Assembly (NCBI GenBank): GCA_963834935.1
Contig: CAWIDS010000003.1
Location: 121,373 to 185,372, forward strand
Direction of reading: 5' to 3'
Length of the DNA stretch: 64,000 bases
Source: Candidatus Nomurabacteria bacterium
GTDB taxonomy: Bacteria > Patescibacteriota > Minisyncoccia > Phycocordibacterales > CALRBL01
Within the stretch, counting starts at the first letter, position 1, and each line of letters begins with the position of its first letter. This document shows positions 22,262-30,901 of this stretch, in pieces. Made by a program: the position numbers and the translations under genes. Below the pieces are notes generated by a model, which was not told the DNA's origin, made no database searches, and saw only the letters and a list, made by a program, of their open reading frames with translations.

Positions 22262-22888
22262 CTAGATAAAAAGAGCTTCCTCAACGTGAGCCTTCATCAT
22301 ATCCCGAACAGCTTCGGATGACATAAAGACCGGAATGCCCGCCAGACGGAATTGCAAGGCTAAGGCTGGATCGTCAGTCCGCACATAGGGCGTCTTGAGA
22401 AACCATTCGCTGTCCTTGTCGCTCTGGATCACGAGATTCCGAGCCAGCATTATGCCCGAAAGCTCGAGACCTTTTTCCAGCTTCAGCCATGCAAGCTCGA
22501 GGTCGTAGCGTGTTACCTCGAGGTCGCGAAGGCAGACGGTGCCTAGCGTGCACCCCCAAAACTTCAGGCTTTCCATCTTGCCGCCCGAAAGAGAAGCATG
22601 CGTGCCGGAACAGCGATCGACACTGAGACCTTTGAGGAAATTCGTGTTCCGGGAGGAAAGCGAAAGATGCTCGAAGTTCTCAATTGTCACCGCCCCCATG
22701 AAGTTGATGTTTTCAAAGCGGATCGAATTGATCTTTCCTTTCTGAAACTTCTTTTCCGGAAAGACTATTTTTTTGCCGTCCAGTCTTACGTCATCTTGAA
22801 CGGTGAGGGTCTGGCCAATGGAGATCTTGTCCCCGACCAGTTTTTCAATGAACTCAGCGGCGCTGAGCAGGGTTTTGTTTTGTATCAT
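22262..22888 (-). CDS. pentapeptide-repeat protein
   Basis: Tandem A(D/N)LxX-like pentapeptides (..FENINFMGAVTIENFEHLSLSSRNTNFLKGLSVDRCSGTHASLSGGKMESLKF..). Start taken at MIQNKTLL. Confidence 0.55.
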   Translation of the reverse strand: MIQNKTLLSAAEFIEKLVGDKISIGQTLTVQDDVRLDGKKIVFPEKKFQKGKINSIRFENINFMGAVTIENFEHLSLSSRNTNFLKGLSVDRCSGTHASLSGGKMESLKFWGCTLGTVCLRDLEVTRYDLELAWLKLEKGLELSGIMLARNLVIQSDKDSEWFLKTPYVRTDDPALALQFRLAGIPVFMSSEAVRDMMKAHVEEALFI

Positions 22889-23180
22889 GTGTATTTGCTC
22901 CTGAGGAAAAACTACCAGCATTTTTAGACTACGTCAATATATGCTATCCTTGCCACAGAATGCACTACGTTTCCCCAACCCACACCTCTGACGGAGTCGA
23001 ATGGCTTAAAAGGATAAACAGGATGTTCGGGCCTGATGCCCCACACTCGACATTGTTCGAAGATGTCGACCGGAGGCTTGCCTCCCAATCCGCCTCGGGC
23101 GAGCTTGCTCGATTAACCGCCCACGAAGAGCAAGGAATCTTCAGCAATTTGCTGCACTGATTCCAGTCCCCCTTCCTTCT

Positions 23181-23205
23181 GCCCGCATCAAGCGGGCTTT
23201 TTTTA
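23181..23205 (+). terminator. rho-independent terminator (gcccgcatcaagcgggc plus T8)
   Basis: Closes the 22940-23180 intergenic unit and is followed by a TTGCAT-17-TAATCT promoter for rpsU. Confidence 0.6.
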
Positions 23206-23247
23206 TAGTTGCATCCCCACAAGAGGTGTGTTAATCTATCCGGACAT

Positions 23248-23484
23248 ATGATCAACGTAGAAGTAGAGCGAAATCCAAACGAGAACAATGCGAATATCAT
23301 CCGCAAATTCACTAAGCGCGTGCAGGAAGCAGGCATCTTGAACCGCGTCCGCAGCCTCCGTTACCACGAGCGCCCAGCATCGAAATACGTGCGCAAAAAG
23401 AAGACTCTCAAATCTATCGGCCGACGAAAGGAAATGGATCTCCAGATCAAGCTCGGAAAAGCCCGCGCATACCCATCGCGATAA
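23248..23484 (+). CDS. rpsU: 30S ribosomal protein S21
   Basis: MINVEVERNP..IRKFTKRVQEAGILNRVRSLRYHERPSKYVRKKK is S21-like; start at the internal Met of the ORF-track entry. Confidence 0.85.
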   Translation: MINVEVERNPNENNANIIRKFTKRVQEAGILNRVRSLRYHERPASKYVRKKKTLKSIGRRKEMDLQIKLGKARAYPSR

Positions 23485-23499
23485 GATACTGAATAGAAA

Positions 23500-23880
23500 A
23501 TGCTGTCTTTTTCCCAGACCGTAAAAAACAATCCGATAAAGAACGGATTGTTTTTTCGTAACGCCCTCGAGAAAGTACTCGGGAAAAAATACGAGCTCTC
23601 GCTCGTCTTCATCGGCGACAAGCTCTCACGCCGATTGAACAAAACCCATCGCGGCATCAACAAGCCGACCGATATCCTTTCCTTCACTCTCGACAAGGAA
23701 TCCGGAGAAATTTTCATCAATCTCAATTACTCAAAGAAAAAAGCGAAGCAATTCGATCGCGAATTCCAGAACTACATCAAATTCTTGTTTATCCACGGCT
23801 TGTTCCATTTGAAAGGTTACGAACATAGTAGTAGAATGGAAAGCGAAGAAATAAGAATCAGAAAACTTTTTAACATATAA
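23500..23880 (+). CDS. ybeY: rRNA maturation endoribonuclease YbeY
   Basis: HGLFHLKGYEH, the H3xH5xH zinc motif. Confidence 0.85.
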   Translation: MLSFSQTVKNNPIKNGLFFRNALEKVLGKKYELSLVFIGDKLSRRLNKTHRGINKPTDILSFTLDKESGEIFINLNYSKKKAKQFDREFQNYIKFLFIHGLFHLKGYEHSSRMESEEIRIRKLFNI

Positions 23881-23887
23881 AAACTAA

Positions 23888-25066
23888 ATGAAACGAAACG
23901 TCTCCATCGGCATCGACATAGGAACCCGCTCCACCAAGGTGGTCATCCTTCAAAATGGAAACGGCGTGAAAGAAGAAGCAGTCAAGCAGTCGCTCGCTCC
24001 CCGCATCATCGCCACTGGCCTCTCTGACACCAAAGGCATGCGCCACGGCTACATCACTCATCTCGGCGAGGCGATCAAAAGCGTCCGCGGAGCGGTACGT
24101 ATGGCAGAAAAGACCTTGGGGACGAAAATGCCGAAGGCTTGCATCAGCGTCGGAGGCATCAGCCTGAGCGGAAACGTCTTCATCTCATCGACTGCAATCG
24201 CCAAGAATGGAGAGGTTTCCGCTCAGGACGTAGCCAAAGTGCTTGAACCAGCTCATACCGACATGCCCCAGAGCTTCGCGCTCAATCGCCGCATCATCAA
24301 TACCTTTCCCCTTTCATACAAGATCGATGGGCGAACCGTTCCCGGCAATCCCCATGGCCTTAAAGGCGCCAAACTCGAATCACGCAGCCTGTACGTCACC
24401 TGCCTGACGCATCACATAAACGACCTGATCGCTGCCGTCGAGGAAGCGGACATTGACGTCGAAGATATCATCGCCGGCCCTATCGCCAGCGCCAACGTCG
24501 TGCTCTCAAAAGCTGAAAAGATAGCGGGGGTAGTGCTTGTAGACATCGGCGCGGAAACAGTCTCGATGGTTGTCTACGAGAACGGCTTGCCGATATCCCT
24601 CGAAGTCTTCCAAATCGGCTCGAATGACATCACTAATGACATCGCCCTCGGCATGAAGATAAATCTCGACCAAGCGGAAGCCATGAAAAAAGAAAGTGGA
24701 AAGGGCGAACACTCGAAACGAAAACTTGATGAGATCATCCACGCCCGTCTTTCTGACATCTTCGAGCTCATAGAAGGTCATCTGAAGAAGATCGGCAAGA
24801 GCGGATTGCTCCCAGCTGGCATCGTCCTCTGCGGCGGAGGATCAGAACTCAATAATATCGAAGAGATTGCCAAGCACTACCTCAAGCTTCCGGCGCGCCG
24901 CGTCGAAAACAAGCTCGACGGCAACATGCGGGGACAGATAAAATCAGGCGAATGGGGTGGGGCCTACGGAGCTGCCCTTTTCAGCCTTTCGCCGAGCGAA
25001 GAAGATGGCGGAGAAGAACCCTCAGGACCAGGTTTTTTTGCCTGGATTAAGCAATTTTTACCCTAA
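23888..25066 (+). CDS. ftsA: cell division protein FtsA
   Basis: Actin-fold N-terminus VSIGIDIGTRSTKVVIL and an FtsA domain layout, immediately upstream of ftsZ. Confidence 0.85.
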   Translation: MKRNVSIGIDIGTRSTKVVILQNGNGVKEEAVKQSLAPRIIATGLSDTKGMRHGYITHLGEAIKSVRGAVRMAEKTLGTKMPKACISVGGISLSGNVFISSTAIAKNGEVSAQDVAKVLEPAHTDMPQSFALNRRIINTFPLSYKIDGRTVPGNPHGLKGAKLESRSLYVTCLTHHINDLIAAVEEADIDVEDIIAGPIASANVVLSKAEKIAGVVLVDIGAETVSMVVYENGLPISLEVFQIGSNDITNDIALGMKINLDQAEAMKKESGKGEHSKRKLDEIIHARLSDIFELIEGHLKKIGKSGLLPAGIVLCGGGSELNNIEEIAKHYLKLPARRVENKLDGNMRGQIKSGEWGGAYGAALFSLSPSEEDGGEEPSGPGFFAWIKQFLP

Positions 25067-25131
25067 GAAGTCAATGTGTTTCCTTTTAAATACCTTTCTG
25101 ATAGTATAATCGCACTAATAACATTACCTTT

Positions 25132-26307
25132 ATGCCACAAATCAAACCTGAAGTCGAAACATTCGCCCGCATCAAAGTCGTCGGAGTAGGAGGATCGGGA
25201 AAAAATGCCGTCAACCACATGGTAAATGCCAAGGTAAAAGGCATCGATTTTATCTCCATAAACACTGATGCCCAGGACCTTCACCACTCACTCGCAAAAA
25301 AGAAGATCCACGTCGGCAAAAACCTCACTCGAGGCCTTGGCGCCGGAATGAATCCTGAAATCGGCAAGCGTGCCGCTGAAGAGACTCGCGAGGAAATCCA
25401 AGAAGCGCTCAAGGGTGCGGACATGGTATTCGTCACCGGAGGAATGGGCGGAGGAACCGGAACCGGAGCAAGTCCGATCGTAGCAAAGATCGCCAAAGAG
25501 ATGGGCGCTCTTACCATCGGCGTCGTTACTAAGCCTTTCGGCTTCGAAGGCGCTCTCCGCAACAAGCTCGCTGAACAGGGTCTCGCCGAGCTTCGCGACT
25601 CTGTCGATGCTCTTGTAGTCATTCCTAACGACCGCTTGATGATGGTTATTTCGAAGGAAACTACCGCCAAGCAAGCCTTCACTATGAGCGATGAAGTACT
25701 CAAGCAGGCTGTGGAAGGCATTTCTGACCTCATCACTACCCCAGGTTCGATCGCCAACATCGACTTTGCCGACATCCGCGCTATCCTCGACAATGCAGGC
25801 TCTGCTCTCATGGGTGTAGGAACAGGAATCGGTGAAAAGCGAGCGGAAGATGCCGCAAAAGCAGCCATCAATTCCCCTCTTATTGACCTTTCGATTACCG
25901 GAGCTCGGGGAGTGCTCTTCTCTATCGCCGGCGGTGACGACCTTACCATGTTCGAGATCCAGGATGCTGCCCGCGTCATCACCGAATCGATCGACCCCGA
26001 AGCCAAGGTCATCTTCGGTACGGTCAAGGATGACAAGCTTAAGAAAGGCGAACTCAAGATTACGGTCATCGCCTCAGGCTTCCCTGAAGTCACCACTAAT
26101 CCTAAAAAGGGTCTCTTCGGCAGCATCGAGGAAGAGCCTCGCGGAAAGATTTACAATACCCTTCAAAGCCTTACCAAGGACATAAAGCCTCTCTCTGAGC
26201 GCGCTTCCGAAGAAAAGGAAGAGACAAAGCTCGAACCTTCATCAGGAATGGAAGACGATAAGGACGACTGGGGCGCCGTTCCAGCATTCTTAAGGAGAAA
26301 AAAGTAA
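25132..26307 (+). CDS. ftsZ: cell division protein FtsZ
   Basis: VVGVGGSGKNAVNHM and the tubulin signature GGGTGTGASP. Confidence 0.95.
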   Translation: MPQIKPEVETFARIKVVGVGGSGKNAVNHMVNAKVKGIDFISINTDAQDLHHSLAKKKIHVGKNLTRGLGAGMNPEIGKRAAEETREEIQEALKGADMVFVTGGMGGGTGTGASPIVAKIAKEMGALTIGVVTKPFGFEGALRNKLAEQGLAELRDSVDALVVIPNDRLMMVISKETTAKQAFTMSDEVLKQAVEGISDLITTPGSIANIDFADIRAILDNAGSALMGVGTGIGEKRAEDAAKAAINSPLIDLSITGARGVLFSIAGGDDLTMFEIQDAARVITESIDPEAKVIFGTVKDDKLKKGELKITVIASGFPEVTTNPKKGLFGSIEEEPRGKIYNTLQSLTKDIKPLSERASEEKEETKLEPSSGMEDDKDDWGAVPAFLRRKK

Positions 26308-26436
26308 AAACTCAAAATACAAAACACTCGTTTTAAAAAGACCTTGCGAGGCTCGACGGAGCGAGCACGAGGAATTTTCTAGCAGGAAAATATCCGTGTC
26401 TTTTTAAAACGAGTGTTTTGTATTTTGAGTTTTTAC
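26304..26436. repeat. perfect 39-bp inverted repeat (arms 26304-26342 and 26398-26436) around a 55-nt spacer
   Basis: The left arm gtaaaaactcaaaatacaaaacactcgttttaaaaagac equals the reverse complement of the right arm. The left arm begins inside the ftsZ stop codon and the right arm is followed by tttttactttttacc. Confidence 0.9.
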
Positions 26437-26461
26437 TTTTTACCTTTATAATGCTGGAACA

Positions 26462-27397
26462 ATGACTTACGACTTAGCAATTCTAGGAGGCGGACCAGGC
26501 GGTATTTCAGCGGGAATTTATGCATGCAGGAAACGATTGAAAACCGTCTTCATCACCGACACTTTCGAAGGACAGAGCGCGGTCTCTGTGGGTATCCAGA
26601 ATTGGATCGGCGAGATCGAGATTCCGGGAGCCGAGCTTGCGCTCAAGATGAAGAAGCATCTCCTTGCCTATGCCGCTGACACTCTCGACATAAAGGAAGG
26701 AGAACGCGGCCAACAGATCATCAGGCACGAGGAGAACGGCCAGGTGTTTTTCGAGATAAAGACCGCCAAGAACAGCTATCTTGCGAAAACAGTGCTCGTT
26801 TCCACTGGAAGCGTACGGAGGAAGCTTGATATTCCTGGCGCTGCAGAATATGAAAACAAAGGAGTCGTCTACTGCGCTTCGTGCGACGGGCCGCTTTTTG
26901 CCGATATGGACGTCACGGTGGTCGGAGGCGGAAATGCCGCATTCGAGACTGTCGCTCAGCTCCTTGCCTACTGCAAGAGTGTCACGTTGCTTAACAGGAG
27001 TAGCGATTTCCGGGCTGATCCCATAACAGTGGCAAAAGTGACGAAAAATCCGAAGCTCACCGTCATTACCAACGCCATTACAAAGGAAATTTTCGGAGAG
27101 AAATTCGTAAACAGGATTTCATATATTGACGCACTTACCTCCACTGATCATGAAATACCCACCAAAGGCGTCTTCGTTGAGATTGGCCTCATTCCGAATA
27201 CCTCATTCTTGAAGGACATCGTCGAGCTTGATTCATACGGACACATCGTCATCGATCCACGCACCCAATCATCGAAGACTCCAGGCATCTGGGCAGCTGG
27301 CGACTGCACCGACGTGCTCTACCACCAAAACAACATTGCCGCTGGCGACGGTGTCCGCGCACTCGAGGACATTTACTTGCATCTGCATACGCGCTAA
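26462..27397 (+). CDS. trxB: thioredoxin-disulfide reductase-like flavoprotein
   Basis: FAD motif DLAILGGGPGG, the redox CxxC pair CASCDG (canonical CATCDG) and the NAD(P) motif VVGGGNAA. Confidence 0.75.
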   Translation: MTYDLAILGGGPGGISAGIYACRKRLKTVFITDTFEGQSAVSVGIQNWIGEIEIPGAELALKMKKHLLAYAADTLDIKEGERGQQIIRHEENGQVFFEIKTAKNSYLAKTVLVSTGSVRRKLDIPGAAEYENKGVVYCASCDGPLFADMDVTVVGGGNAAFETVAQLLAYCKSVTLLNRSSDFRADPITVAKVTKNPKLTVITNAITKEIFGEKFVNRISYIDALTSTDHEIPTKGVFVEIGLIPNTSFLKDIVELDSYGHIVIDPRTQSSKTPGIWAAGDCTDVLYHQNNIAAGDGVRALEDIYLHLHTR

Positions 27398-27406
27398 AAT
27401 AACTGC

Positions 27407-27643
27407 ATGAGCGCATTCTTCACGCCATTCAATCTGTTCTTGATCGCCTTCCTCGTTATGCTCGCTATCTACTGGCTCTTCTCTTTCTTCATCCTTTATC
27501 ACCTCATCCGCTTCGGCGTCGGCACAAGGCCGAAGCAGGCATCGCTCATCTATCTTGTCGGCTCTCTGCTGCTCTTCTTCTTCATCGTATTCACCTACGT
27601 CGCCATCGTCTTCGACATTCCCCCTTTCCTTAAAATGATATGA
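27407..27643 (+). CDS. small membrane protein (78 aa, two TM helices)
   Basis: Hydrophobic; overlaps the next gene by 4 nt (operon). Confidence 0.45.
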   Translation: MSAFFTPFNLFLIAFLVMLAIYWLFSFFILYHLIRFGVGTRPKQASLIYLVGSLLLFFFIVFTYVAIVFDIPPFLKMI

Positions 27644-28188
27644 GACTTTCTATCTTCAGCCAGACGCACCACACGTTCGAAGGAAAGCGCGATGACGAGA
27701 CCGTTGAGATTTTCCTTTACAGCCATTGGATCATCATGGCCCTTAAGATCATATTCTATTTCTTTCTTGCCTTCCTGCCGCTCTTGCCGATGATATTCTT
27801 CGCCAGAGAAATCGTCGAATACGAATCGGTGAGCGTCACCTTGTTCGCCCTTCTGGCATATTACCTGCTTCTCTGGTCCACCCTTTTCTATGAGGCGATG
27901 ATCTATCTTCTCGATACCTGGATCGTCACCAATGATCGGATCTTGGATATAGTGCAGAGAGGCTTCTTCTACCGCACCGTTTCAGAGCTCAATCTTGCCA
28001 AAATCCAGGACATCTCGGTCAGAATGAAAGGAATAATGCAGACTGTCTTCGACTATGGCGACATTGAGATCCAATCGGCTGGCACAGTCAACAAATTCCT
28101 CTTCAGGCAAGTCTCGCATCCTCATATGATAAAGGACGAGATCATGAAGCTGGTGCTCGAAGCAAAGAAAAGGGAGAGCGGCTTGTAA
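27640..28188 (+). CDS. membrane protein with bacterial PH-like (YdbS/YdbT-type) domain
   Basis: Two TM helices then a bPH-like C-terminal domain (..WIVTNDRILDIVQRGFFYRTVSELNLAKIQDISV..). Confidence 0.45.
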   Translation: MRLSIFSQTHHTFEGKRDDETVEIFLYSHWIIMALKIIFYFFLAFLPLLPMIFFAREIVEYESVSVTLFALLAYYLLLWSTLFYEAMIYLLDTWIVTNDRILDIVQRGFFYRTVSELNLAKIQDISVRMKGIMQTVFDYGDIEIQSAGTVNKFLFRQVSHPHMIKDEIMKLVLEAKKRESGL

Positions 28189-28190
28189 AT

Positions 28191-28535
28191 TCAGGGATTC
28201 TGGAACTCGGAGTAAATGGATAAGATGAGCTCAATTATTCTTTTTTCGTAATCGGTCTTCTTCGCCTTGATGAGGGAAGAAATTTCCGACTCGCTGAGGA
28301 TCGATTCTTTCTTTAAAAGCATTTCTGTGATTTCAGCCAGGAACTTTTCCCTCTCGGAAGCGACCCGGGTATACAAGGCATACCTAAGGGTGAGAACGTC
28401 TTCTTCATCGAGATAGTCGGCATTATGCAGGAACAACTCATCAATCGCCTTGGTCTCCTTTTCGGTAAGTTCGGAACGGCTAACAGCTATCAGGTCATGA
28501 ATGCGTTGTCCATCATTTGGTATTTCATTAGACAT
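28191..28535 (-). CDS. hypothetical protein (114 aa)
   Basis: Acidic, helical, no recognisable motif. Confidence 0.4.
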   Translation of the reverse strand: MSNEIPNDGQRIHDLIAVSRSELTEKETKAIDELFLHNADYLDEEDVLTLRYALYTRVASEREKFLAEITEMLLKKESILSESEISSLIKAKKTDYEKRIIELILSIYSEFQNP

Positions 28536-28570
28536 ATATTCGTACTGGTATCATAACATAAAAAAGCCGC

Positions 28571-29110
28571 CTAGGATGGCGGCTCCCCGAAGAGGTTTGC
28601 TTGCCTGAGCTTTGGCTCGGAATCAGCGGAACCTGGGTCTTTTCTTTCCTGCCTGACCAAAGCTGCGTATTTTGAACGCAGGCGGCGGCCGCCGAGCCTC
28701 AGATAGCGGCGAATGTAGTATTCGAAGCTCTCTTTCTGGTCATCCAAGGCATGTGGATCGATGCGGTGGTCGAAATCTCCTTCGACATCGACCATGTTGC
28801 TATGCAGGATACAGATGAGAGTCGGGTCCTTTGATCGGAACGCGACAATCGAGCCATCGGGGTCTTGGCCATAGATCGTGCCTGTGATGAAGAGCTGTCC
28901 CGTACCCGGGTCCATGAGTTCTTGTACCTGAGTCATGGTTCCCACGATCTCGTAATGGGTTCCGCGGCGAAGGCGGAACTTCTGGCTGAGCACCCGGTCA
29001 GCCTCCTCGCGAGCTCCAACCTGTGAACGGAAGATAATGATTTCTACTGACATAATTCTCCTTTTCTCAGGCAAAGATAGCACATTTCCCTCAATAAACC
29101 AATTTGGCAA
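28571..29110 (-). CDS. hypothetical protein (about 160-179 aa)
   Basis: No recognisable motif; local GC is somewhat elevated. Confidence 0.4.
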   Translation of the reverse strand: MPNWFIEGNVLSLPEKRRIMSVEIIIFRSQVGAREEADRVLSQKFRLRRGTHYEIVGTMTQVQELMDPGTGQLFITGTIYGQDPDGSIVAFRSKDPTLICILHSNMVDVEGDFDHRIDPHALDDQKESFEYYIRRYLRLGGRRLRSKYAALVRQERKDPGSADSEPKLRQANLFGEPPS

Positions 29111-29338
29111 AAGAGGGTGTCCGTACTACTTTTATCTGACTGCCTGGTTATGTAAAAAATCTAATGGAACACCCTGTAGAAATGCTTGTAAAACAAGAGA
29201 ATATTAATGCTTTGAAGGGTTTATTTGGTCTTGTTTTTGAGGAACTTCCTATATACGAGGAAATAGTTAATGGAACACCTAAATTGTCCTTACCTTATAA
29301 GCTATCCGAGGAATTTCATCGTTCTAAATCACTAAGTG

Positions 29339-29410
29339 TGACCCTACCGGGAGTCGAACCCGGCTTTAAAGCTTGAAAAGCTTCCGTCCTAACCGATAGA
29401 CGATAGGGCC
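29339..29410 (-). tRNA. tRNA-Glu (anticodon UUC)
   Basis: The reverse complement GGCCCUAUCGUCUAUCGGUUAGGACGGAAGCUUUUCAAGCUUUAAAGCCGGGUUCGACUCCCGGUAGGGUCA folds as a cloverleaf with anticodon loop UUUUCAA; no CCA encoded. Confidence 0.9.
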
Positions 29411-29432
29411 AGTGCGTTCCTTTATAACATTT

Positions 29433-29461
29433 TTGTGCATAAATGTAAAAAGTGGTATGGT
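29433..29461 (+). promoter_or_regulatory. candidate promoter TTGTGC-17-TATGGT for the tRNA-Ser/tRNA-Val/tsaD unit
   Basis: Ends about 9 nt before tRNA-Ser. Confidence 0.35.
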
Positions 29462-29470
29462 GTTGCTACT

Positions 29471-29557
29471 GGAAGAGTGGCAGAGTGGTCGAATGCACCA
29501 GTTTCGAAAACTGGCATGGGGGAAACCCTATCGAGAGTTCAAATCTCTCCTCTTCCG
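29471..29557 (+). tRNA. tRNA-Ser (anticodon CGA), long variable arm
   Basis: GGAAGAGUGGCAGAGUGGUCGAAUGCACCAGUUUCGAAAACUGGCAUGGGGGAAACCCUAUCGAGAGUUCAAAUCUCUCCUCUUCCG with anticodon loop UUCGAAA. Confidence 0.9.
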
Positions 29558-29592
29558 CAAGAAAGGCATTTGAGGTATAGTATTTTGACACT

Positions 29593-29631
29593 GCGCGGCT
29601 AGCTGTTTTGGTAGATACAGATCATTACGTC
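29593..29631 (+). pseudogene. tRNA-Val 5'-half remnant (pseudo-tRNA)
   Basis: gcgcggctagctgttttggtagatacagatcattacgtc versus genuine tRNA-Val gcgcggttagctcagttggtagagcatctcattgacgtt (about 28/39 identical). It ends in the anticodon loop, with no T-arm or acceptor 3' strand. Confidence 0.5.
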
Positions 29632-29663
29632 AAAAAAAGGAAAAGTGATAATATTCGGACAAT

Positions 29664-29736
29664 GCGCGGTTAGCTCAGTTGGTAGAGCATCTCATTGACG
29701 TTGAGAGGGTCACAGGTTCGAATCCTGTATCGCGCA
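29664..29736 (+). tRNA. tRNA-Val (anticodon GAC)
   Basis: GCGCGGUUAGCUCAGUUGGUAGAGCAUCUCAUUGACGUUGAGAGGGUCACAGGUUCGAAUCCUGUAUCGCGCA; ends 4 nt before the tsaD ATG. Confidence 0.9.
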
Positions 29737-29740
29737 CACT

Positions 29741-30901
29741 ATGAAAATCCTCGCTATCGAGACGAGCTGCGATGAGACAGCTGTCTGTATATTGGAATGT
29801 GCCGGCACTCCCGAAAAGGGAGATTTTGAGATGAAGATCCTCGGCAATACCCTGCACTCGCAGATCTCACTCCATGAGGCGTATGGCGGCGTGGTGCCGA
29901 TGATGGCCAAGCGCGAGCATGCCAAGAATCTCATTCCCCTCATGAGGAAAGCGCTCGCTGAAGCGCAGACGAAGGCCGAAGCAGGAACTGAAAAGATTAC
30001 GAAACAAAAGATAACCATAGACGAAGAGTTGGTCGGAAAGCTTTTCGGACGCGAAGAAGAATTCAGGAATGACTTTCTGGAATTTATCCGTACTGCTCCG
30101 AGTCTTCCCGTTGATGCCATTGCCGTCACAGAAGGACCGGGCCTTGAACCTGCACTCTGGATGGGCATCATATTCGCCGAAGCCCTCTCTTCCGTCTTCG
30201 ACATCCCGCTCATTCCCGTCAACCACATGGAAGGCCACATCCTCTCGGTGCTTCCGCAAAAGATAACTTTCCCCGCGCTGTCGCTTCTGATTTCCGGCGG
30301 ACACACTGAGCTTGTGCTGATGCGGGAATGGAACTCCTATGAAGTGATCGGTCAGACCCGAGACGACGCAGCCGGCGAAGCCTTCGACAAAGTAGCTCGC
30401 ATGCTCGGCCTTCCCTATCCCGGCGGGCCGGAAATTTCAAAGCTTGCCGGGCAAGGGCGAACCAAGACTTCAACCATTCCCTACATCCTTCCGCGACCGA
30501 TGATCAATTCCAAAGATTATGATTTCTCTTTCTCTGGATTGAAGACCGCCGTCCTCTACAGCTTGAAGCACGGAGAAATCGACAAAGAGATTGTTTCGAA
30601 GGAATTCGAAGATGCGGTCACTGACGTGCTCATCGCAAAGTCATTCAAAGCTGTCGACGAATTCGGTATCAGGACGCTCATCATCGGCGGCGGAGTGATA
30701 TCGAACTCATACATTCAGGATCGATTCAAGCAAAAAGCAGAAGCTTACGGCGATCTGAGCCTCCTTCTGCCTCCGAAAGAATCCCGTACCGATAATGCAA
30801 TCATGATCGGTATCGCTGGATACATCCGCCAGCTTTACGATATAACCTCCAAAAAAGGGCTCAAAGCAAGGGGAAATTGGAGTTTGACAGAGCATATATA
30901 A
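29741..30901 (+). CDS. tsaD: tRNA N6-adenosine threonylcarbamoyltransferase TsaD (Kae1/Gcp family)
   Basis: MKILAIETSCDETAVCIL, a metal-binding His pair (..VNHMEGHIL..) and GGGVISN; contains a roughly 50-aa lineage-specific insertion. Confidence 0.85.
   Translation: MKILAIETSCDETAVCILECAGTPEKGDFEMKILGNTLHSQISLHEAYGGVVPMMAKREHAKNLIPLMRKALAEAQTKAEAGTEKITKQKITIDEELVGKLFGREEEFRNDFLEFIRTAPSLPVDAIAVTEGPGLEPALWMGIIFAEALSSVFDIPLIPVNHMEGHILSVLPQKITFPALSLLISGGHTELVLMREWNSYEVIGQTRDDAAGEAFDKVARMLGLPYPGGPEISKLAGQGRTKTSTIPYILPRPMINSKDYDFSFSGLKTAVLYSLKHGEIDKEIVSKEFEDAVTDVLIAKSFKAVDEFGIRTLIIGGGVISNSYIQDRFKQKAEAYGDLSLLLPPKESRTDNAIMIGIAGYIRQLYDITSKKGLKARGNWSLTEHI

Noticed and set aside
25281-26126. 281-aa minus-strand ORF
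   Set aside because: Antisense to ftsZ, Ala/Ser/Pro-rich low complexity; spurious.
29710-30306. 198-aa minus-strand ORF
   Set aside because: Antisense to tsaD; spurious.
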